Positions 57,382 to 64,000 of a stretch of DNA of 64,000 nt are shown one piece after another; the stretch's first letter is position 1, and every line of letters starts with the position of its first letter. Source of the stretch: an uncultured Chloroflexia bacterium (lineage in GTDB: Bacteria; Chloroflexota; Dehalococcoidia; DSTF01; JALHUB01). Under the pieces are notes generated by a model. It did not search any database. It was not told the DNA's origin and saw nothing but the letters and a program-made list of their open reading frames with translations. Location: the NCBI GenBank assembly GCA_963726245.1, contig CAVSBT010000025.1:32001-96000 (forward strand). The letters are read 5' to 3'. A program made the position numbers and the translations under genes.

Positions 57382-60300
57382 CACGAAGCCGGACGCGCCC
57401 CGAGCGCGTAGTATCCAGGAAGAGGATGAACAAGCCTGTCGAGGGCGACCTGTCTCGGGCCCTCAAGGAGCGGAGGGCCCAAGCGGGTCGTTTCCTGGGT
57501 TGCGTGCGCGCGAATCTGCCAGGGCGATGGGAGCTGGTGGTCTGGGGGATCATCCTCTCGCTGGCCCTGGCCCTGCGTCTCTGGGACCTGGGCGGCCGCG
57601 CCCTCCACCACGACGAGAGCCTGCACGCCACCTATAGCTGGTACCTCTATGGCGGTGACGGCTACACCCACGATCCCATGATGCACGGCCCGTTCCAGTT
57701 CTTCGCCGGGGCTACGGCCTTCAAGCTCTTCGGTCCCAGCAACTTCGTGGCGCGGGTACCGGCGGCCCTCTTCGGGACGGGCATCGTAGCGCTGGTGTGG
57801 CTGCTGCGGGGCCATTTGGGACGCCTGGGCGCCATGGCCGCCGCCGGCTTCATCGCCGTCTCGCCGACTCTCCTCTACTTCAGCCGCTTCGACCGAGAAG
57901 ATATCTACACAGCCTTCTGGACGCTGGCGCTGGTGGTCGCCATCTGGCGCTACCTGGCCGAGAGGCGGGACCTCTGGCTCTACCTGGGGGCGGCGTTCAT
58001 GGCCTTCAGCTTCGCCACCAAGGAGAGCACCTACATGATGGTGGCCATCTTCCTCACCTTCCTGGAGGTGCTGGTGGCGCTGGACTTCCTGGAACAGATG
58101 CGCCGGCAAAGGTCTGACGGCCGAGCGCCACGCGCTCGACGCGGCTCTGCGTCTGCGTCCCCGCGGGAGATGGACAAACTGGAGGCGGGTTCCATCCTCG
58201 TCTGGTTGCTGGTGTTCTCCTGGCTGCTGGTCATCCTCTGGCCGCTGCTGACCTCCGTCCGACGGCGCTTTGGCCTCCAGAAGTTGCCCGCCGCCGGCGC
58301 CCCCCTGCTGGTGCTGGGGACCCTGGCGGCGCCCCAGTATGCCGGCATGCTACAGCTCATAGGAGACCATGTGCCGCTCATCCCCGGCAACTCGGGCTAC
58401 CAGTCCGCCGCCGAGCTGGGGCTGCGCAACGGCAGCGTCACCGTCCTCCTCATCCTGAGCCTCTACATCGGCCTGCTCTGGAATCCCAGGGTGTGGCTGA
58501 TCTGCGCCGCCGCCTTCTACGGCATCTACGTCCTGCTCTTTACCACCTTCTTCACCAATCCAGCCGGTTTCTGGACGGGCATCTGGGGCTCCACCGACTA
58601 CTGGATCGAACAGCAGTCAGTGCGACGTGGTGAGCAGCCCATCTTCTACTACTTCATGCTCCTGCCCGTGTACGAGTTCCTGACCCTGCTCCTGGCTATC
58701 GGGGGCGCTATCTGGCTTGCCTTCCGGCGCAACTCCTTCACCCTCTTTCTCATCTTCTGGACCGTCGGCGCCATACTGGCCTTGACCGTGGCCGGCGAGA
58801 AGATGCCCTGGCTCACCGTGCACATGGCGCTGCCCATCGCTCTCCTGGCCGGCAAGACGGTGAACGAGCTCTACAGCCGGGTGACCTTGCCTCGAGATGT
58901 GAGACTGCCGGAGGCGCTACGGATGGTCGTGCCATCGCTGGATACCAAGGTGGCGGTGGCCCTGAGTGTGGGCTCCGCCGCCCTGGCCGTTATCATCCTC
59001 ATCGTCATGTCGGCGTCGATGGCGGCGGTCGTGCTGGCTATCCTGCTGGCGCTGGTGGCGGCGGGCGCCGCTGCCCTCGTCGGGCAGGGCGGCCGGCGGG
59101 CCTTCATCCAGACTGCGACGGCTTCGGTGGTGGCCGGACTCCTGGTCTTCTCCATCCGCACGGCCGGCGTCGCCAGCTTTGAGCACGGCGACATACCGGT
59201 GGAGCTGCTTGTCTACACTCAGACCTCGCCCGACGTTCCGCGCCTCATGAACGCCATCGACGAGGTGGGCAAGGCCACGGGCCTGGGCCACGACCTGCCC
59301 ATTCTCGTTGACTCGGAGTTCACATGGCCTTGGGTATGGTACTTGCGTGACTACAATGCCGTGACCTACCGCTCGGCCACAGACGGGGCGCCGCCGCCGG
59401 GCGCCATTCTCCTCGTCGAGTCGGCGAACGTGGGCAGCCTGCAACTTGACCCCGCATTGTACGACAGCGGCCAGCCCTTCAAGCTGCGCTGGTGGTTCCC
59501 GGAGGACTACCGCGTGCTCAATCGTGGCAACTTCAAGGAAGTGCTGTTCAGTCCCAGCACCTGGAACGTGTGGCGCAACTACTACGTGTCGCGGACGCCG
59601 CCGGGACCCCTGGGCTCTTTGGACGGCGTGGCCTACTTCCCGAAGAGCTACGCCGCTGCCACTGGCGGTAACGCCTTCGAGCAGCCGCCTACGACGCCCG
59701 TAGCGGGCCCGGACGGTCAGGTGATCGTGGGCAATCCCGGTCCCGGCCGTGGCCAGTTCGCGTCCCCCGCCGGCCTGGCCGTCGATGGCCAAGGGAACCT
59801 CTACGTGGCCGACACGGACAACAACCGCATCCAGAAGTTCGACGGCGATGGCAACTTCCAGGGCGCGTTCGGCAGCGCGGGGGGCCAGGACGGCCAGTTC
59901 AACGGCCCCTGGGGCGTCGCGGTGGACCGCGATGGCAACATATACGTGGCCGACACCTGGAACCACCGTATCCAGAAGTTCAACTCAAGCTTCCAGTTTC
60001 AGAAGGCCTGGGGCACGGCCTTCTTGGAGGTGGGGAAACGCGAGCCGGGTCCGCTGGAGCTCTTCGGCCCGCGGTCGGTCGCCGTCGATGCCAGCGGCAA
60101 CGTGTGGGTCACGGACACCGGCAACAAGCGCGTGTTGAAGTTTGACTCGGATGGCAACTTCACGGCCCAGTACGGCGGGTCGGGCAGCGGCCCCAGCCAG
60201 TTCGAGGAGCCGGTGGGCATAACCATCGCCCCCAACGGCGAGATCCTGGTCGCCGACACATGGAACCGCCGTATCCAGCGCTTCAGCCCCGAGTTCGAGT

Positions 60301-60590
60301 ACCTGGGCGAAATCTCGGTGGAGAGCTGGGGCAGCCAGAACGTAACCGATAAGCCCTACCTGGCGGTCCTCAGCGACGGCCGCGTTGTGGCGAGCGACCC
60401 AGCCAACGGCGTCGTGCTTGTCTTCGACAGCGACGGCCGGAAGGTGGCCAGCTGGAAAGCCTCCGTCTCGGCAACAGAGGTGAGCCGCCCGGTGGGAGTG
60501 GCCGCTGGCAGCACGGGCGATGTTTGGGTTTCCGATGGTAGCACCGGCCAGGTGCGCCGTGTCCCCTCGACGAGCCTGACGGGCCCATAG
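57378..60590 (+). CDS. TIGR03663/Agl23-like GT-C membrane protein fused to a C-terminal NHL beta-propeller
   Basis: LHHDESLH, DPMMHGP, YFSRFDRED, ATKE, GEKMPWL, LVYTQTS; NHL repeats GQFxxPxGxAVD..YVADTxNxRIQKF. Confidence 0.85.
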   Translation: MTRSRTRPERVVSRKRMNKPVEGDLSRALKERRAQAGRFLGCVRANLPGRWELVVWGIILSLALALRLWDLGGRALHHDESLHATYSWYLYGGDGYTHDPMMHGPFQFFAGATAFKLFGPSNFVARVPAALFGTGIVALVWLLRGHLGRLGAMAAAGFIAVSPTLLYFSRFDREDIYTAFWTLALVVAIWRYLAERRDLWLYLGAAFMAFSFATKESTYMMVAIFLTFLEVLVALDFLEQMRRQRSDGRAPRARRGSASASPREMDKLEAGSILVWLLVFSWLLVILWPLLTSVRRRFGLQKLPAAGAPLLVLGTLAAPQYAGMLQLIGDHVPLIPGNSGYQSAAELGLRNGSVTVLLILSLYIGLLWNPRVWLICAAAFYGIYVLLFTTFFTNPAGFWTGIWGSTDYWIEQQSVRRGEQPIFYYFMLLPVYEFLTLLLAIGGAIWLAFRRNSFTLFLIFWTVGAILALTVAGEKMPWLTVHMALPIALLAGKTVNELYSRVTLPRDVRLPEALRMVVPSLDTKVAVALSVGSAALAVIILIVMSASMAAVVLAILLALVAAGAAALVGQGGRRAFIQTATASVVAGLLVFSIRTAGVASFEHGDIPVELLVYTQTSPDVPRLMNAIDEVGKATGLGHDLPILVDSEFTWPWVWYLRDYNAVTYRSATDGAPPPGAILLVESANVGSLQLDPALYDSGQPFKLRWWFPEDYRVLNRGNFKEVLFSPSTWNVWRNYYVSRTPPGPLGSLDGVAYFPKSYAAATGGNAFEQPPTTPVAGPDGQVIVGNPGPGRGQFASPAGLAVDGQGNLYVADTDNNRIQKFDGDGNFQGAFGSAGGQDGQFNGPWGVAVDRDGNIYVADTWNHRIQKFNSSFQFQKAWGTAFLEVGKREPGPLELFGPRSVAVDASGNVWVTDTGNKRVLKFDSDGNFTAQYGGSGSGPSQFEEPVGITIAPNGEILVADTWNRRIQRFSPEFEYLGEISVESWGSQNVTDKPYLAVLSDGRVVASDPANGVVLVFDSDGRKVASWKASVSATEVSRPVGVAAGSTGDVWVSDGSTGQVRRVPSTSLTGP

Positions 60591-60662
60591 CAAGACAGAT
60601 GTAACGAAAGGCTTGCGGCCGGGGTGGACTTCTTCCGGGAATTCGCCGACGCCGCCCTTTCG

Positions 60663-60692
60663 TTGACCCCCTCGCGCAGGCGAACCTATAAT
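60663..60692 (+). promoter_or_regulatory. Sigma70-type promoter
   Basis: TTGACC-18 bp-TATAAT upstream of the flippase-like gene. Confidence 0.65.
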
Positions 60693-60730
60693 GTGTCGCG
60701 CTCGCCCGCCGAATATGGCGGCGACGACGG

Positions 60731-61827
60731 GTGGCATCGATTCTGAACGGAGCACGGGCGGCCTCGGGGACTTCCTTGTGGCGCAGCCGGCGGATATGGA
60801 TCGGGCTGGCCTTCAGCCTGATCCTTATTGTTCTCTTCCTCCACGGCACGAACTTCCGGGACATCGGGCGGGCCTTCGGCGACGCCAACTACCTCCTCGC
60901 GTTCCTCTCGCTGCCCGTCTACTTTCTGGCCGCCTGGTTCCGCACCCTGCGCTGGAAGTACCTGCTGCGGCCCACGAAGGCCGTAAGCACCGCCCGCCTC
61001 TACCCTGTGGTCATCATCGGCTTCATGGCCAACAACGTCATCCCGGCCCGCGTCGGCGAGCTGGTGCGGGCCTACATCCTGCGCGAGCGGGAAGGGGTGA
61101 GCATGTCGACCGGCCTGGGCACCATCGTGGTGGACCGCGTCTTCGACGGCCTCACTCTGCTGCTGTTCCTCATCCTGGCCGGCTTGTTCGCCACGGTAAG
61201 CACCCAGGTCCGTACCCTCGCCATCGTGATGGCGGCGCTGTTCGGTGTCGGCGTGGTCATCATGTACGTGCTGGTCACCTCGGAGAGCCGGAGCAAGCGG
61301 GCCGTGGACGTTGTCGTCCATCTGCTGCCTGGGCGTTTGAAGGGCCGCGCCCAGGGGCTGGCCGACTCGTTCTTGGAGGGACTGCAATCGTTGCGCAGTC
61401 CGGCGGCCATGGCAGGCGCCTGGGTCGCTTCGGTCGTGTCGTGGCTGCTGGAAGCCACGATGTACTACATGGTCGGCGAAGCCTTTGGGTTGGGATTAGG
61501 GTTTCACGTCTACTTGCTGGTGACGGCGGCGGCCAACCTGGCCATTACTTTGCCCACGCCGGGGGGCGTCGGCCCCTTCGAGCTGGGCACGCGATGGGCC
61601 CTCGCGCCGTTCGCTGTCGCCACTGACACCGTGCGTGCCTACGCCATAGCCCTGCATGCCCTCCTCCTCTTCCCCGTTATCGCTCTGGGGCTCATCTTCC
61701 TCTGGTCGATCAACCTCTCGCTGGGCGACATGCTGAGGCGGCCGGCGGCGGAGCAAGCCTCGACAGCCCCCGCGGGGCCGGCCCCCAGCCGGGCGTCCGG
61801 GCACAGAAGGGCGGCGGTCGCGAATGA
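60731..61827 (+). CDS. Lysylphosphatidylglycerol synthase TM-region / flippase-like protein (UPF0104); true end probably ~61827 after a frameshift
   Basis: RTLRWKYLL, GFMANNVIPARVGELVRAY, IVVDRVFDG, PTPGGVGPFE. Confidence 0.85.
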
Positions 61828-63146
61828 AGGTCGCCGTCGTCGGGGGAGGCGTCGCCGGCCTGGCCGCCGCCTATCGGGTCCTCCAGAAAGGCCACCAGGT
61901 GTCGCTGTTCGAGGCGGGCCCCAGCCTGGGCGGCCTCGTGCGCACCGTCGAAGTGGGCGGCGGGCGCCTGGAGGCCTTCTACCACCACCTCTTCCGGAGC
62001 GACACCACCATCATCCGCCTCATCGACGAGCTGGGCCTCGGCGACCGCATGACCTGGCGCGACTCAAAGGTCGGGTTCTTCCAGGGCGGCCGCATCTACG
62101 ACTTCGTCACGCCAGTCGACCTGCTGCGCTTCCGCCCTCTGCCTCCGCTCGACCGCGTGCGGCTGGGCCTGATGGCTCTGCGCCTGCGCCGGCAGGAGAG
62201 CTGGGAGCAGTTCGAAAACGTCACCGCCCGCCAATGGATCGAGACGAACGTGAGCCGCCGCGTCTTCGACGTGGTCTGGGGGCCGCTGCTGAAGGGCAAG
62301 TTCGGTGAGGCGGCCGATGAGGTCTCGATGGCCTGGCTGTGGAGCAAGATCCACCTGCGCTTCGCCTCCCGGCGGGGCGGACCGATGCAGAACGAGCAGC
62401 TCGGCTACCTGATGGGCAGCTTCGGCGTCTACATCGACGAGCTGGGGCGGCGTCTGCGCGACGGCGGCGCCGACGTGCGGGTCGGGACGCCGGTGCAGGA
62501 GGTGACGGTGGAGGACGGCCGCGCCAGCGGACTCCTACTGGCCGGCGGCGAACGCGTCCCCGCCGACGCCGTCGTCGCCGCCATGCCCTCGCACGCCTTC
62601 GAGCGGCTGGTGCCCGCCCTCCCTGAGGACTACCGGAGCAAGCTGACGGCGGTGCGCTGGCAGTGGGCCCTCTGCATGGTCCTGGCGCTGCGCGAGTCCC
62701 TCTCCCCCATCTACTGGCTGAACATCGCCGAGCCGGGGATGCCCTTCCTCGCCGTCATCGAGCACACGAACTACATCGAGCGGGAGCAGTACGGGGGCCA
62801 GCACGTCGTCTACATCTCCAACTACCTGCGGCCCGATCACCCCTACTTCGACCTGAGCGAGGAGCAGCTCTGGGAGCTCTTTCTGCCTGCCCTCCAGCGC
62901 ATCAACCCGCGCTTCTCGGCCGACTGGGTGAGGGAGCGCTGGCTCTTCAAGGGCCCCTACGCGCAGCCCATCGTCACCACCGGCTATCGCCGCCTCATCC
63001 CCGAGCACCGCACGCCCATCCCCGGCCTCTACCTGGCGACGATGAGCCAGATCTACCCGGAGGACCGCGGCCAGAACTACAGCGTCCTCATGGGCGAACG
63101 GGTGGCGGACATGGCGATGGAGGACCTGGCGAAGGGGCAAGGGTAG
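61824..63146 (+). CDS. NAD(P)/FAD-dependent oxidoreductase (amine oxidase/HemY-like superfamily)
   Basis: VVGGGVAGLAAA, E..LGGL, EAFYHHLF, YPEDRG. Confidence 0.88.
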   Translation: MKVAVVGGGVAGLAAAYRVLQKGHQVSLFEAGPSLGGLVRTVEVGGGRLEAFYHHLFRSDTTIIRLIDELGLGDRMTWRDSKVGFFQGGRIYDFVTPVDLLRFRPLPPLDRVRLGLMALRLRRQESWEQFENVTARQWIETNVSRRVFDVVWGPLLKGKFGEAADEVSMAWLWSKIHLRFASRRGGPMQNEQLGYLMGSFGVYIDELGRRLRDGGADVRVGTPVQEVTVEDGRASGLLLAGGERVPADAVVAAMPSHAFERLVPALPEDYRSKLTAVRWQWALCMVLALRESLSPIYWLNIAEPGMPFLAVIEHTNYIEREQYGGQHVVYISNYLRPDHPYFDLSEEQLWELFLPALQRINPRFSADWVRERWLFKGPYAQPIVTTGYRRLIPEHRTPIPGLYLATMSQIYPEDRGQNYSVLMGERVADMAMEDLAKGQG

Positions 63147-63245
63147 GGGCGCAGCCCCTACAGGTGTTGAACAACCCTCGTGTAGAATAGGGCGAGCTCA
63201 TCCGCCAAAGGCGGACTGGTCTGCCTCAGGCGGACGGAGGCGCCC

Positions 63246-64000
63246 GTGAGCACCCCCATCCGACGCCAGTACCTCGACATCAAGCGACGCTACCCCCACG
63301 CCATCGTCTTCTTCCGCCTGGGCGACTTCTACGAGACGTTCGACGAGGACGCCAAGCTCTGCGCCCGCGAGCTGGAGATCACCCTCACCTCCAAGCCCAT
63401 GGGCAAGAACCTGCGCGTCCCCCTGGCCGGCATCCCCCATCACGCCCTCGATGGCTACCTGGCGAAGCTCATCGCCAAGGGCTACAAGGTGGCGATCTGC
63501 GAGCAGATGGAGGACCCCGCCACCGCCAAGGGCCTGGTGGACCGCCAGGTGGTGCGTGTCGTCACGCCCGGCACCGTCCTGGAGGGCAGCCTGCTCGATG
63601 AGAGGGCCAACAACTACCTGGCGGCCCTGGCCTTCGCGCCGGAAGCCGCCGGCCCGTCGCAGCGGCGGAGGCCGTCCGGCCGAGCGGGCGCCGGTGGGGG
63701 TAGCCTACGTGGACGTGAGCACCGGGGAGTTCGCCGCCACCGAGGTGCCAGCGACGCAGCTCGCGGCGGAGCTGGCGCGGCTGCGTCCAGCCGAGCTGCT
63801 GCTGGCTGAGGGCGTCGACTTGCCGGGTGGCGTGGAGACGCCGGTCACCCGCCTGGAGCCATACTGGTTCGACCCGGAGGAGGCTGACAGGGCGCTGCGG
63901 GAGCACTTCCAGGTCGCCTCGCTGGAGGCCTTCGGACTGCGCGAGTCGGCGGGCGCCGGCCTGCCCCGGGCGGTGTCGGCCGCAGGCGCCGTCCTGCGCT
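63246..64000 (+). CDS. mutS: DNA mismatch repair protein MutS, N-terminal part (frameshift near 63700; runs off the window)
   Basis: TPIRRQY, FFRLGDFYETF, AGIPHH, VAICEQ, VVTPGT; AYVDVSTGEF in the next frame. Confidence 0.95.

Overview
High-GC (about 70% by eye) bacterial chromosome segment made mostly of housekeeping genes. Gene content (short ThrS without TGS domain, large Alu-type SRP RNA, T-box, Chlor_Arch_YYY/DUF2298 plus TIGR03663-like membrane proteins) points to Chloroflexota, probably Dehalococcoidia; this is an inference. Order: xerC-topA-dprA-corC-glmU (minus); infC-rpmI-rplT; pheST; moeA-mobB; an Mrr-like nuclease; thrS-accC-BCCP-alaS-ruvX-mltG-aroE-aroC-aroK-aroB-acyP (minus); three tRNAs; oppDF; a metal-binding protein; lepA; galU; SRP RNA; yabE-rsmA-ispE; dinG; cca; rnc-smc-ftsY; a putative surface-glycosylation cluster; mutS (partial). 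Many essential genes carry single-base frameshifts, most likely long-read assembly errors rather than pseudogenes. Most notable observations: (1) a 505-bp start-less Mo-oxidoreductase fragment between two ~33-35 bp hairpin direct repeats in a tRNA cluster; (2) an unassigned ~235-nt multi-hairpin RNA with its own promoter and terminator upstream of rnc; (3) short palindromic repeats inserted in-frame into core proteins, and GTAG-REP elements that supply stop codons; (4) an orphan membrane ORF between the Thr T-box and thrS.
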